64,000 nucleotides of DNA from NCBI GenBank assembly GCA_001029735.1, contig CP011213.1, positions 268,087 to 332,086 on the forward strand, given 5' to 3'. A model generated the notes under the pieces. The model did not search any database, was not told the origin of the DNA, and saw only the letters and a program-made list of their open reading frames with translations. The DNA comes from Berkelbacteria bacterium GW2011_GWE1_39_12 (GTDB taxonomy: Bacteria > Patescibacteriota > UBA1384 > UBA12157). Shown piece by piece: positions 40,716-51,697 of this stretch (positions are counted from its first letter, which is position 1; each line of letters starts with the position of its first letter). The position numbers and the translations under genes were made by a program.

Positions 40716-40771
40716 CAACTCAACCATAAGACTTTAAAATGTACCTAGATCAACACAAAGGAGACGATCGT

Positions 40772-40888
40772 ATGAAAAAGGTATTTTTAATGTTAGCCGC
40801 GATTGCCGTCGTTGTTTTGATATGCGATGGCGTCAAAAAATTCGCCTTAGATCAAGCTGATCTTGGCCTGGAAATGCTGGACGCATAA
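40772..40888 (+). CDS. Small membrane peptide (38 aa)
   Basis: AAGGAG SD; promoter TTGACA/TAAAAT 40712-40740. Confidence 0.5.
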   Translation: MKKVFLMLAAIAVVVLICDGVKKFALDQADLGLEMLDA

Positions 40889-40898
40889 GGAGAACAGG

Positions 40899-41021
40899 AT
40901 GAAAAAAGACGCGGACATTTCTTATTGGACTGCCTTTTTATGTCTGGCTTTCATCATCGTTTCGATTTTTATCGATTCAGCTAATAGCTTTCTAAACCGA
41001 ATCCTTCACAAAACCGCTTAA
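40899..41021 (+). CDS. Small membrane peptide (40 aa)
   Basis: AAGGAG SD; terminator overlaps the stop. Confidence 0.5.
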   Translation: MKKDADISYWTAFLCLAFIIVSIFIDSANSFLNRILHKTA

Positions 41022-41036
41022 CTGCGGTTTTTTTAA

Positions 41037-42392
41037 TTATCCTCGAATTATTCCTAGCACTTCGTCCTTTTTTTCTTCCATCAATTCTTTGGATTTTGCC
41101 TCTAAACACAATCGTAAAAGCGGTTCTGTGTTTGACGAACGAACATTGAATCGCCAATCTGGGTACTCTATCGAGATGCCATCTAACTCGTCTTGTTTGC
41201 CGTCGGCATATTTTTCTTTAATTTCTTTGATTTTTGCCTGAGCATCATTTACTTCGGTGTTAATTTCTCCTGGCATAAAGTATTTATCAAAATATGGTTT
41301 CAAAAGCGCATCTAAGTCGCCTTTTTTTGAAACCAATTCAAGAACTAAAAGTAGTGGGATAATACCGGAATCTGCATACCAAAAGTCCTTAAAATAGGTG
41401 TGTCCCGAAGACTCGCCGCAAAAAATGCCGTCTACTTCACGCATTTTTTCTTTAATAAACGAATGACCCACCCGTGAAACAACTGCGTTCCCCCCGTTTT
41501 CTTTTGCTGAATCAATTATTGCCCAAGTAAAGCGCGGATCGTAAACAATTGTGGAGCCAGGTTTTTTCTCTAGTTGTAATTTGATTAGCAAAGCGTTCAA
41601 GTAATAAGGCTCGAGAAAATTTCCGGATTTTGTGCAAAAGAAAACTCGGTCAGCATCCGCATCCCATGCTACCCCAAGATCAGCATTCGATGATTTAACA
41701 AGTTCAACAAATTCAGGTCGATTTTCCGGTCGGAACGGATCTGGCCGGCCCTTTGGAAAATTACCATCTGGAGTATTATTTAAGCCGACTATTTCAAGCG
41801 GAAGATTACCGGCTTCAATAACTTTTTTTAGCACTTCTCCCTCTAAACCAAAATTCGGATTATAAACAAGCTTTAATGGTTTAATAGCGGAAATATCAAC
41901 ATACTTTAAAACAAATTGAGCAAAGTCGACCATTATATCTTTCTTTTCGACTGAACCCTTCGTATCACTGTCCACTTTCTCTTTGCCAGCGATGATCAAA
42001 TCTCGCATCTCGTAAATACCGGTATCAGAAGATATTGGCTTTGCTTCTTCTCGAACCATTTTTAAACCATTGTATTCAGCCGGGTTATGCGAGGCCGTTA
42101 CTTGTAAGCCACCCTGATAACCGAAATTGCCGACAGCGTAGTAAAGCATTTCGGTTGAGATTAAGCCAACATCAACAACATCTATCCCCGCATCAGTTAA
42201 ACTTTTAATCAAACTTTCGGATAGTTTTTCAGACGAAAGACGAACATCATGACCAACCGCAATTTTGCCGTTAGGCTGGACTACTTTGACATAGGCTTGG
42301 CCGATTTTGTAGATCAAATCCTCGTTTATTTCCGACGGGTAAATCCCTCTAATATCATATGCCTTAAAAATTCCGGCATTAATTTCTTGCAT
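41037..42392 (-). CDS. Phosphomannomutase/phosphoglucomutase
   Basis: YDIRG, TASHNP, DADADR, GESSGH, RSSNTEP. Confidence 0.95.
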   Translation of the reverse strand: MQEINAGIFKAYDIRGIYPSEINEDLIYKIGQAYVKVVQPNGKIAVGHDVRLSSEKLSESLIKSLTDAGIDVVDVGLISTEMLYYAVGNFGYQGGLQVTASHNPAEYNGLKMVREEAKPISSDTGIYEMRDLIIAGKEKVDSDTKGSVEKKDIMVDFAQFVLKYVDISAIKPLKLVYNPNFGLEGEVLKKVIEAGNLPLEIVGLNNTPDGNFPKGRPDPFRPENRPEFVELVKSSNADLGVAWDADADRVFFCTKSGNFLEPYYLNALLIKLQLEKKPGSTIVYDPRFTWAIIDSAKENGGNAVVSRVGHSFIKEKMREVDGIFCGESSGHTYFKDFWYADSGIIPLLLVLELVSKKGDLDALLKPYFDKYFMPGEINTEVNDAQAKIKEIKEKYADGKQDELDGISIEYPDWRFNVRSSNTEPLLRLCLEAKSKELMEEKKDEVLGIIRG

Positions 42393-42413
42393 TTTTTTCC
42401 TTTCAATATTTTA

Positions 42414-42472
42414 AGAAAATTCCGCAACAAGCTCAAAATTCACCAAAAATTTTCTTTCTTGGCTATAGTTTC
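42414..42472 (-). repeat. Bulged-hairpin element copy with extended loop
   Basis: GAAACTAT-AGCCAAG-[long loop]-CTTGTT-GCGG-AATTTTCT on the minus strand. Confidence 0.6.
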
Positions 42473-42672
42473 ATTTTACTTCCATGAGAATCATTTTACA
42501 AATATGAAAAAGCCGACGAAAATCCGCCGGCTGTCTCTCAAGTTCTAAGCAATCGGGACGACTTACGCGTTTTTTTACTCCGTGCGCTCGAAGTGCTTAA
42601 AAATTGAGGATGAAGATCCGATTGTAATACAGTTATTGCATTGATTGGCCTGTACAGGTCGGATCATCCCTG

Positions 42673-43089
42673 TTACAGGCTAAGACGATACTTTGAGTCA
42701 GTCCAAACCTTTTTCTGAGTTACGTATTCGGTTCGACCGACCCCAAAGGGTAGAACACCTGACGAGGCGGGCCTATCAATCCCCATCAGGTTGAAACGAT
42801 CAGCCAAGTTTGCAACTTGCTCCGCTTGAAAGCCGGGAGCCAAGGCAACATGGCCGGTCGTCCAGACGAACCCTACCAGGCTAAGACCGTAGAAGCCCGA
42901 TAGAGCGAGCAGGTGGAACGGGGTGAGCGACTCTGAAGCAACGAAATACATCCGTAAACCTCCCGCGACCAGCTCGGACAAGTGATAATTTCGGCACTCG
43001 ATTGCCGACATCGGAAATGATCCGACAAATCGAATATAGATTTTTCGCTCATCAGTGTCAAGATCTGTCAAGCGGTTATTAAACGCCAA
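42673..43089 (-). CDS. Hypothetical protein
   Basis: 138-aa ORF coupled to the upstream ORF. Confidence 0.5.
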   Translation of the reverse strand: MAFNNRLTDLDTDERKIYIRFVGSFPMSAIECRNYHLSELVAGGLRMYFVASESLTPFHLLALSGFYGLSLVGFVWTTGHVALAPGFQAEQVANLADRFNLMGIDRPASSGVLPFGVGRTEYVTQKKVWTDSKYRLSL

Positions 43090-43543
43090 ACTCGGTCAGG
43101 TAGTTGTTGGCAGCTGTAATGGCCAGAAAATAATCATCTTTGTCTGACATCATCCCGTCTATTTCAAAACACATCGAGCTCTGCAGGTCGATATTATCTC
43201 CATGAATACGCGCTTCTTGCCCTAGATATATTGTCTTGAAATAACCTCGTTTCATTACCTCATCGAAAGATTCAGGCGGCAACTCAAATGTATCATTAAT
43301 CATGATCACTTTCCCGTCGGCCCGGATATCTATTAGAAAACCAAAAGCACAGTCATCAATCACGGCGATAAATAGGTTGCGGGAAGGAATCAGGCCACAA
43401 TTTGATAAGGCTAACTTCTTGATTTCGTCATACGTCTCTTCGTCCAACCCGCAATAAATTCCTGGACCGGAATTAGTGTTTTCATCTCCTTCAACACATT
43501 CGAGGAAGGCCAAAGTTTTCTCGGGTTGAGTCGCAATCAACAT
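43079..43543 (-). CDS. Hypothetical protein
   Basis: 154-aa ORF with GGGGG SD-like sequence. Confidence 0.55.
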   Translation of the reverse strand: MLIATQPEKTLAFLECVEGDENTNSGPGIYCGLDEETYDEIKKLALSNCGLIPSRNLFIAVIDDCAFGFLIDIRADGKVIMINDTFELPPESFDEVMKRGYFKTIYLGQEARIHGDNIDLQSSMCFEIDGMMSDKDDYFLAITAANNYLTEFGV

Positions 43544-43634
43544 GTCTACACCCCCTTACCAAGATCTTAAACCTAATATTTTAAGTTCGTCAAATTTGAC
43601 AAATGAAAATACCATTGCTAAGTTGAAGATAACA

Positions 43635-45248
43635 ATGACCAAATATATCTTTGTCACCGGAGGCGTTCTCTCCGGACTCGGCAAGGGGGTAACAGCCGCC
43701 TCTATCGGTAATCTTTTGGTCTCTCAGGGATTCAATGTTTGGATGCAAAAATTTGATCAGTACTTAAATGTCGATGCCGGGACCATAAATCCCAATAAGC
43801 ATGGTGAAGTTTTTGTTTTGGATGACGGCGCTGAAACCGATCTTGATCTAGGTCATTACGAAAGATTTATCGATACCTCACTAAATAGAACCTCTTCAGT
43901 TATGACCGGTCAAATCTACAAAGCTATTTTGGAAAACGAACGAGCTGGCAAATATTTAGGCCAAGACATTCAAGTGATTCCTCATGTCACCGATGAAGTG
44001 AAACTCCGCATCACTCGAGCTGCTAAGGAAAGTAAGTGCGATATTTTAATCACGGAAATCGGCGGCACGATTGGCGATTACGAAGGTATGCATTTCGTTG
44101 AAGCTATCCGCCAGATGCGACACGATGTCGGTCAAAACAACGTCCTTTATGTTCACGTTGGGTTTTTACCTTATTTAGGCGCCTCGGAAGAATTAAAGTC
44201 TAAACCAATTCAAAACAGTGTTCACGATCTTTCAGGGCTTGGCATCCAACCGGATATTTTAATCGCCCGTGCCGATCATCCGGTCGAAAAATCGATGATT
44301 AAAAAGATTGCCTTATTCACTGGAATCGATGTTGAATCAATTATTCCTTTAGAAACAGTTGATTCGATTTACAAAGTTCCTCAAATTCTACAGAAATTTA
44401 ATGCCGATAAGATTGTCGCCGCCAAACTAAAACTTAAAATAAAAAATGGTAGCAGAACAAAATGGAATGAATTTATTAAAAAAATCGAGATAGATAAAAA
44501 GAAGACCGTAAAAATTGCTTTGATCGCTAAATATATGGGGCTGAAAGACACTTATTTTTCAGTTACCGAAAGTCTGAAAATCGCCGGAATTTGGCAAGGG
44601 GTCAAAACTGAAGTTGATTGGATCGATTCCGAAGAATTAGAAAATCTTCCGCCAAAAAAGATCGCTGCAAAATTTAAAGAGTACGATGGGATTTTAGTGC
44701 CAGGAGGCTTTGGAAGCCGCGGAATTGAAGGGAAAATTAGCGCTATAAAATATGCACGTGAGCATAAAAAACCGTTTTTAGGGCTGTGCTATGGCATGCA
44801 ACTAGCAACAATTGAGTTCGCCAGACACGTGGCAGGTTTGAAAGACGCTAACACTACTGAAGTTAATCCAAAAACATCTCATCCGGTTATTCATATCATG
44901 CCGGACCAAGAAAAAAAGATGCTCAAAAACGACTACGGCGGCACCATGAGACTTGGCGCATATCCTTGTAAAATAATAGATAATACAAAAACTGCCAAAG
45001 CATACGGAGAAAAAAATATTTCCGAGCGTCACCGCCACCGCTATGAATTTAATAATGAATATCGCGAGATCTTAACTAAAAAAGGCCTAGTAATTTCAGG
45101 CACTTCGCCCGATGATTTATTAGTCGAGATTATAGAGCTAAAAGATCATCCCTTTTTCATTGCAACCCAGTTTCACCCAGAATTTAAATCCAGACCTCTA
45201 AAACCCCATCCTCTCTTTTACGAGTTCGTCAAAAGTGCTTTAAAGTAA
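43635..45248 (+). CDS. pyrG: CTP synthase
   Basis: [36 protein letters not shown]. Confidence 0.98.
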   Translation: MTKYIFVTGGVLSGLGKGVTAASIGNLLVSQGFNVWMQKFDQYLNVDAGTINPNKHGEVFVLDDGAETDLDLGHYERFIDTSLNRTSSVMTGQIYKAILENERAGKYLGQDIQVIPHVTDEVKLRITRAAKESKCDILITEIGGTIGDYEGMHFVEAIRQMRHDVGQNNVLYVHVGFLPYLGASEELKSKPIQNSVHDLSGLGIQPDILIARADHPVEKSMIKKIALFTGIDVESIIPLETVDSIYKVPQILQKFNADKIVAAKLKLKIKNGSRTKWNEFIKKIEIDKKKTVKIALIAKYMGLKDTYFSVTESLKIAGIWQGVKTEVDWIDSEELENLPPKKIAAKFKEYDGILVPGGFGSRGIEGKISAIKYAREHKKPFLGLCYGMQLATIEFARHVAGLKDANTTEVNPKTSHPVIHIMPDQEKKMLKNDYGGTMRLGAYPCKIIDNTKTAKAYGEKNISERHRHRYEFNNEYREILTKKGLVISGTSPDDLLVEIIELKDHPFFIATQFHPEFKSRPLKPHPLFYEFVKSALK

Positions 45249-45347
45249 AAATTGTTTTGCCATTGCGAGCAAAGCGAAGCAATCTTTTTTTGGATAGCAA
45301 AAAGCCCGCTGGTTAAAACCAAACGGGCCTTTTAAGTCGAGGGTTCG

Positions 45348-45668
45348 CTAGAAACGATGAAACTTAGTTATGATGGGCTGCGTCTGACCAGTACAGGGCT
45401 TTTCTCCGCTAGCATACCAGCAGAAGGTAGGGCCCGCCGAGTCTTCAGAATACATTGTGGCCAAAGTTATCTTTCGGCCTTCTCGGACTACTGAAGATCT
45501 TCTCGTATCTGCCTTTATACCTTCGTATTGAGTTCGCTCTGCTGGCACATAGACCATAATATATGGCTGCTGATCTTGAGGCATCTTCAATAGTTTTGCA
45601 AGCTCAGGGCCAACGGCATCATCGCTAAACTCAAACATAAACAAACCAATAGGCTCATCTTTTCCCAT
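45348..45668 (-). CDS. Hypothetical protein, stand-alone unit
   Basis: TTGACA/TAGAAT promoter ~45719-45748, GAGGAGG SD, terminator 45299-45328. Confidence 0.6.
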   Translation of the reverse strand: MGKDEPIGLFMFEFSDDAVGPELAKLLKMPQDQQPYIMVYVPAERTQYEGIKADTRRSSVVREGRKITLATMYSEDSAGPTFCWYASGEKPCTGQTQPIITKFHRF

Positions 45669-45806
45669 AGTTTCCTCCTCCTATCTTGTGATTGCTTAAT
45701 TTTTTCAAGCAACTGCATATTCTAATACATTCTTGCTTTTTTGTCAACCATAAAAAGACCTATTTGGTAGGTCATTGAATCAAAATTTGTAAAAATTTTA
45801 TTCGCT

Positions 45807-46195
45807 CGGCGGCACCATGAGACTTGGTGCATATCCTTGCAAAATAATAGATAATACAAAAACCGCCAAAGCATACGGAGAAAAGAATATTTCCGAGCGT
45901 CATCGCCACCGCTATGAATTTAATAATGAATATCGTGATCTCTTAACTGATAAAGGTTTAGTTATCGCTGGTACTTCCCCTGATGATTTATTAGTCGAGA
46001 TTATCTAAAGAATCATCCCTTTTTCATTGCAACCCAATTTCATCCAGAATTTCTTTCTCGTCCTCTTAAGCCTCACCCTCTTTTTGTTGAGTTTTTGAAA
46101 AAATGCTCTAAAGTAAAAATTGTTTTGTCATTGCGAGCAAAGCGAAGCAGTCTTTTTTGGATAGCAAAAAGCCCGCTGGTTAAAACCAAACGGGC
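45807..46195 (+). pseudogene. Duplicate of the pyrG 3' end plus downstream repeat and terminator
   Basis: Aligns to 44936-45328; small frame-breaking deletion near 46005. Confidence 0.92.
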
Positions 46196-46229
46196 TTCTT
46201 TTAATAGTTTATTTACCCTTTTCAGGGCA

Positions 46230-46421
46230 TCAAACCTTTTCCAGATCACCTTTGCTGTCGATAACCCAGCCAGGAACACTGATTGCCCCGCTGGCGATTG
46301 CTGCTTTGAGGAAATTCCCCTGCAGTCCGTTCTCGACGCCCGGAATATGAGTACCGGAGAGCTTCTTTTGTAGCTCTTCGACGAGCTGCTGCTCAGGCTT
46401 CTTCTTGTTTCGTCCGAACAT
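46230..46421 (-). CDS. Hypothetical small protein
   Basis: AGGAGG SD. Confidence 0.5.
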   Translation of the reverse strand: MFGRNKKKPEQQLVEELQKKLSGTHIPGVENGLQGNFLKAAIASGAISVPGWVIDSKGDLEKV

Positions 46422-46612
46422 TTCTTCCTCCTAATCCCTGCCTCATCTAAAGCTGCGGGAATGCCAGAACGGCATTGAGAAATCTGGTACAAAAGCCAAA
46501 AAGGCATTAAGGTACAAATTGCGACTTTCATCGCCGAAACTTACGATTTTCGTCACAAGCTTCGGGACGAGGCCGTGGGTCAAAAGACCCACGGCCGCCT
46601 ATTTAAACCCTG

Positions 46613-46933
46613 CTACTCAGGAACAGGGCAGTAGCCCTGTTTTTTCCAACCCTCCCAACCTTTTTCTGGTCGGGAGGAGATGCAGACATACGTCCGCTCG
46701 TCCTGCTTTCGCAGGGCTTCTTTTCTAAGCGCCTCGATTATCAGACGCTTGTTCCTGACCACGTCGTCCATGCTGATACTGTTACCATCGATTTTTACAA
46801 AAAGATGGTCGTTTATCATTCTAGCCGTCACAAACTCTCCCTCAGCCACCTTAAAGGTAACCCGAGGATAGAGATCCCCTGCCGCCGGAGATGTTGTGCT
46901 GTGTAGAGACAGCACTAAGTTATTTTTTTTCAT
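46613..46933 (-). CDS. Hypothetical protein
   Basis: GGAGG SD before MKKN. Confidence 0.5.
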   Translation of the reverse strand: MKKNNLVLSLHSTTSPAAGDLYPRVTFKVAEGEFVTARMINDHLFVKIDGNSISMDDVVRNKRLIIEALRKEALRKQDERTYVCISSRPEKGWEGWKKQGYCPVPE

Positions 46934-47380
46934 TTCTTCCCTCCGATCCGACTTTAACTGCCACACTGGGTCAGTTGCATTTTGATAGATCAATGCCATC
47001 GAACCGATTCGAAGATTTTGCCCTGCTTAGCACGGCGTGGCCAAACATTTACCAAAGTAAATGCTCGACACATACTGCGCTAAATCTAAAATATATGATA
47101 AAAAACTTATTACAATAATTGCCAATTTAACCACCAGTTACACCTGTTAAGATATAAACCTGGTCATACCTGTTTAGCCTCGCAAAAACGCCATTTTGGC
47201 ATTTTTTAAGACCAATCGTACCATATTTAACCTGTTAAATTGGGCATGAGTTGTCAAAGTTCTTTGCAATCTGCCTTTTGGGCTTCCGATTGTCCAACAA
47301 GAAAGTATAACACAAAAAGACCAAAAAGTCAAGCCATTAACAGGTTAGATTGGCAATTTTACATTAGTGCTTTTTTGATC

Positions 47381-49291
47381 TTATTCGCTCGGCGGCGTAT
47401 ATCCTTCGCCATACAAAAATGTATTTGGCACTGGGACATATTTACTAGTAAAAGTTTCGTTCTCTAAAACTTTGCCGTCAGCAGCGGTAACTTTATATGT
47501 GAAACTGGCGGTGCAACCGTTGATTGCTTTCTCAACTTGTCGAACCGCACCTGGTGCCATCGTTGCAGAAAAGCTATAAACGGCGCCGCCTGGCGTGGTG
47601 TAGTTTCCAACCCATGGAGTACTTATTTCTGCTGTTCGTCCGTCTTTTGTGCCGTAAATTTGAAATTCCAAAGTATTTTGACCGGCAATCGCCCAAATCA
47701 AAATCGGCGTACTCATATTATTTACAAATCTAAAGTCTGGGGCTGGGTCATAAATTGTCGCGTCCATTCCAACAGGCGGCTCATAATAACTTACACGAAA
47801 AGAATGATTTGTTCTTTGAGTGATTTTTAGACCTGAATTTAAGGCGGCCCGAAATAAAGTGGTGGAAACTTGACATAAGCCGCCGCCATATTCCGGCGCA
47901 ACCTGAGTGCTGTTTTTTATCACAAGCTCTGGTAAAAACCCGGTTGAACCGTCAATCACTCCTATAGTTTTAATCGTCGAAAATTCCTGACCAGGCTGGA
48001 TGATTGTTCCGGAAATTTTTTGCGAACCAAGCGTTAAGTTATGAATTCTATTTGATGGTGAACCCTTCCAAGAAGTTTTGCCTTCCCCTACTAATTCGCT
48101 TAATCCCATTTGCTCGGCTGAATCAGAGGTAACCTTGGGCTGAGTTGTTTTTACCGGTAAGCTAACTGTTTTGGCTTGTCCTAGGATCGCCTGAGTAATC
48201 ATCTGAAAAGACTTTGCTTTATCTAATTCATAACCTGTTTGAGAATTTTGGAATGCGGTTACCTTGCCATCTTGAACTTGGAATTTAGCATCTTTAGCTT
48301 CTTGATTTATGCCGCCAGCAATTGAATCAAGATATTGATTTATCTTACTTTGATCGGTAGTCATTACAAGTATCCAATTTTGATCGTTATTGCTACCTGT
48401 ACTTTTTAGATCGATTTTATCCGTTAAGACATTCCCTTGTTTCACTTGACCCGTAAATTTCAACCAACCAGCAAAGTTTTCAGGTTTCAACTCAAAATTT
48501 TGCTTTTCCGTTTTCAAAATAACAGATGTGACCAATGATTGGCGAACTTCGCCAATCAAAGCTTCGGCAGCGGCTTTTTTTACTTTAGGCTGAATGTCAA
48601 CAACAGAAATTTGAAAAGTTGATTTTTCTTTTAAGTAACCGAAAGAATTTAGAACGTCGTTAACTACTTTACCGAAGTCACTCTTCTTGCCGGATTTCTC
48701 TTCGACTACTATTGGATTTAGATCTTTTATCTCAATAGTGGCATCTCTTTCTGGCACATCAATTTTATTAGTAATTTCCAAAATTTGTGAATTCAGCTTT
48801 GTTCGATCGTAATTAAAAACAATACTCTCCCGATTACCTAAAAACAAAGCTCTGAGTTGTTCCTTAATAATCTGATTGAAACTGCCTTCTCGACCGATCC
48901 GCCAAGCTTCATCAACTGAAGAGTTAACATTATAGTTAACATTAAAATCATTGGAATTGATTTTCCAATTTTGGTCTAAGTAGTTTAATTGAACTTCTGA
49001 GTGGCCAACATTGGCAATTTTGCTTTGCAAAATGACAGATGCCTCAGCCTTAGTCTTGCCGCCCAAATTCACATCGCCAAAATATGTTTTTGGCATAATC
49101 CTATTCTGGTATGTCAAATTAAATATAAAAATAAAAAGACCAACAAAAATTAGAGCTAAGCCAATTGCCAAACCTAATTTCATTAGGTTCTTGTTTTGAC
49201 TTAATTTAACAAAGCCTGCCCGCAACGTTTTCGGCGTTGCTAATGCCGGCGAGTCGATCTCTTTCCCTAATTGGCCTTTTTTTTGAGCCAC
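47381..49291 (-). CDS. VanW-family membrane-anchored protein (YoaR-like)
   Basis: N-terminal TM; NRIHNL, GGGLCQVSTT, DATIY...DFRF. Confidence 0.88.
   Translation of the reverse strand: MAQKKGQLGKEIDSPALATPKTLRAGFVKLSQNKNLMKLGLAIGLALIFVGLFIFIFNLTYQNRIMPKTYFGDVNLGGKTKAEASVILQSKIANVGHSEVQLNYLDQNWKINSNDFNVNYNVNSSVDEAWRIGREGSFNQIIKEQLRALFLGNRESIVFNYDRTKLNSQILEITNKIDVPERDATIEIKDLNPIVVEEKSGKKSDFGKVVNDVLNSFGYLKEKSTFQISVVDIQPKVKKAAAEALIGEVRQSLVTSVILKTEKQNFELKPENFAGWLKFTGQVKQGNVLTDKIDLKSTGSNNDQNWILVMTTDQSKINQYLDSIAGGINQEAKDAKFQVQDGKVTAFQNSQTGYELDKAKSFQMITQAILGQAKTVSLPVKTTQPKVTSDSAEQMGLSELVGEGKTSWKGSPSNRIHNLTLGSQKISGTIIQPGQEFSTIKTIGVIDGSTGFLPELVIKNSTQVAPEYGGGLCQVSTTLFRAALNSGLKITQRTNHSFRVSYYEPPVGMDATIYDPAPDFRFVNNMSTPILIWAIAGQNTLEFQIYGTKDGRTAEISTPWVGNYTTPGGAVYSFSATMAPGAVRQVEKAINGCTASFTYKVTAADGKVLENETFTSKYVPVPNTFLYGEGYTPPSE
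49214..49255 (+). repeat. 42-bp palindromic element in frame in the VanW-family gene
   Basis: Homologous to 5205-5246, with compensatory stem changes. Confidence 0.75.
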
Positions 49292-49304
49292 CTTGATGTC
49301 CCCT

Positions 49305-49520
49305 CTACTTACCGTTCAATATTTCTTCTAATAAAGATTTAGCTAAATTCCTATCATCCACCCCTGGACTTCTGCTTGAATACAAATATAGGTGGCATTG
49401 ATCCTTTTCTTTCAAGCACGAAGGAAAAGAACTGGCAGGTAGACTAACTTTTCTGCCTTCAATTTCCACCTCAATCTCGTCCCCGGTTTTCACACCAATT
49501 TTGCAAGTTAGTTTAGACAT
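49305..49520 (-). CDS. Hypothetical small protein
   Basis: 71-aa ORF between hppA and the VanW-family gene. Confidence 0.55.
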   Translation of the reverse strand: MSKLTCKIGVKTGDEIEVEIEGRKVSLPASSFPSCLKEKDQCHLYLYSSRSPGVDDRNLAKSLLEEILNGK

Positions 49521-49603
49521 ATGTAGCTATACTAATGTCGTAGGGATATTTGAGTGAAACCCGGTTGAAAACGAAGGACCATCCCCGAGACATTTATCAA
49601 TTA

Positions 49604-51604
49604 TTATTTCAGGAACTTTACAATCAACAAGGCTACGATGTTTAGAATCTTAATCATCGGATTAATGGCCGGGCCGGCAGTATCTTTGTATGGATCGCCA
49701 ACAGTGTCACCGGTAACCGCTGCCTGATGAGCACGCGAGCCTTTGCCGCCCAGATTACCTTCTTCAATATATTTTTTAGCATTATCCCAAGCTCCACCTC
49801 CGGAAGTCATTGAAATAGCAACAAACAAACCAGTGATAATCGAGCCAACCAATAATCCGCCCAAGGCGACTGGGCCCAAAATGAAACCAACTAAGATCGG
49901 AGTAACAACCGGGATCAAGGCTGGAACAATCATCTGCTTAATAGCGGCGGAAGTGACAATATCAACTGTCTTGGAATAATCTGGCTTGGCTGTGCCTTCC
50001 ATAATGCCTTTGATTTCTTTAAACTGTCGGCGTACTTCTTTAACAACTGCACCGGCGGTTTTACCAACAGCTTCCATTGAAAGTGAAGCGAAAATATAAG
50101 GTAACAATCCACCAAGGAATAAACCAACTAAAACTTTTGGATCAGTCAATTCAAACACAAGGTTACTACCAACGTGGGTATTTTTATAATCCTGAACGTA
50201 AGAAGCAAACAAAACTAAGGCAGCTAATCCAGCCGAGGCAATAGCATAGCCTTTAGTAACAGCTTTAGTTGTATTACCAACAGCATCCAATGGATCAGTC
50301 ACATTGCGAACGGACTCTGGCAAGTCGGCCATCTCGGCAATACCACCAGCATTATCAGTAATTGGACCGTATGCATCAATTGCTACCACGATGCCAGTCA
50401 TTGAAAGCATTGAAAAAGCGGCAATGGCAATGCCGAACAAACCGGCTAATTCGAAAGCACCCAAAATAGCAACGGAAATAAAGATAATTGGCCAAGCAGT
50501 TGCTTTCATTGAAACGGCCAAACCTTGAATGACATTTGTGCCATGACCAGTTTCGGAAGCGTTGGCAATACTTTTAACAGGTGAATATTTGGTTGAAGTG
50601 TAGTATTCAGTCACAATTACCATCGCAACCGTCAAACCAACACCGATCAAGGAACAGTAGAATAAAGATAACGGATTCTCAACTAAACCACCCATAATCT
50701 GTTTGGTGGCAAAGTAGAAACCAATTGAAGAAAAAATCGCAGCCGCGGCTAAACCTTTATACATGGCGTTCATGATTTTTTCACCTGAGAGTCTCACAAA
50801 GAACGTTCCCAAAACAGAAGCGATAATCGAAATGCCACCTAAAACTAATGGGTAAACAATCGCATCTGGCGAGGTAAAGAGTAATGAGGCAAGCAACATG
50901 GCTGCAACAGCAGTGATGGCATAGGTTTCAAAAAGATCAGCGGCCATACCGGCACAGTCACCAACGTTATCACCAACATTATCAGCAATAACAGCTGGGT
51001 TTCTCGGGTCATCTTCTGGAATTCCAGCTTCAACTTTTCCAACTAAATCAGCACCAACATCGGCTGCTTTAGTATAAATACCACCACCCAAACGAGCAAA
51101 GATTGAAATTAACGAGCCGCCAAAACCTAAACCGATTAAAGCGCCAACATCATGAGTAAAATAATAAAGTCCGGCTACGCCGAGCAAGCCCAAGCCAACA
51201 ACGAGTAGTCCTGTAACAGCGCCACCACGGAAAGCCAGTGACAAAGCTGGGGCCAAGCCATGGCGGGCTTCTTCAGCTGTGCGAACATTGGCGCGGACAG
51301 CAACATTCATACCAATATAGCCAGCGGCCGAAGAAAATATTGCGCCGACCAAGAAACCGATAGCGGTGTTTAGACCAAGAAGAAAATAAAGAATAACAAC
51401 TAATACGACAGCAATGATGCCGACCGTCTTATACTGACGGTTTAAATAAGCTTTCGCGCCTTCTTGAATTGCTGCTGCAATTTCCTGCATTTTTTTGTTG
51501 CCCGGCGATTTCTTCAAAACTTGCCAGACTAAGAATAAACCATACAAGATACCGACGGCGGCAGAGGCAAACGCAATAAGGTACGAATAATTCGTGATAG
51601 ACAT
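49604..51604 (-). CDS. hppA: Membrane pyrophosphatase, K+-independent H+-PPase type
   Basis: [26 protein letters not shown] (Lys variant). Confidence 0.95.
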   Translation of the reverse strand: MSITNYSYLIAFASAAVGILYGLFLVWQVLKKSPGNKKMQEIAAAIQEGAKAYLNRQYKTVGIIAVVLVVILYFLLGLNTAIGFLVGAIFSSAAGYIGMNVAVRANVRTAEEARHGLAPALSLAFRGGAVTGLLVVGLGLLGVAGLYYFTHDVGALIGLGFGGSLISIFARLGGGIYTKAADVGADLVGKVEAGIPEDDPRNPAVIADNVGDNVGDCAGMAADLFETYAITAVAAMLLASLLFTSPDAIVYPLVLGGISIIASVLGTFFVRLSGEKIMNAMYKGLAAAAIFSSIGFYFATKQIMGGLVENPLSLFYCSLIGVGLTVAMVIVTEYYTSTKYSPVKSIANASETGHGTNVIQGLAVSMKATAWPIIFISVAILGAFELAGLFGIAIAAFSMLSMTGIVVAIDAYGPITDNAGGIAEMADLPESVRNVTDPLDAVGNTTKAVTKGYAIASAGLAALVLFASYVQDYKNTHVGSNLVFELTDPKVLVGLFLGGLLPYIFASLSMEAVGKTAGAVVKEVRRQFKEIKGIMEGTAKPDYSKTVDIVTSAAIKQMIVPALIPVVTPILVGFILGPVALGGLLVGSIITGLFVAISMTSGGGAWDNAKKYIEEGNLGGKGSRAHQAAVTGDTVGDPYKDTAGPAINPMIKILNIVALLIVKFLK

Positions 51605-51697
51605 GGGGACCTCCGGGTAGGTTAATAGGTTTACAGAAGCGTTAGAAGCTATAGAAACATCAGTATTACTGTTGCCCCTATCGCACCTGTCGCCTCT

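Noticed and set aside
45807-46195. Diversity-generating retroelement template repeat for pyrG (also considered for efp)
   Set aside because: Differences are mainly synonymous or conservative and not adenine-specific; no reverse transcriptase is present.
51630-51697. 9-bp periodic sequence (similar short repeats at 36485-36545)
   Set aside because: Too short and degenerate to support a functional call.
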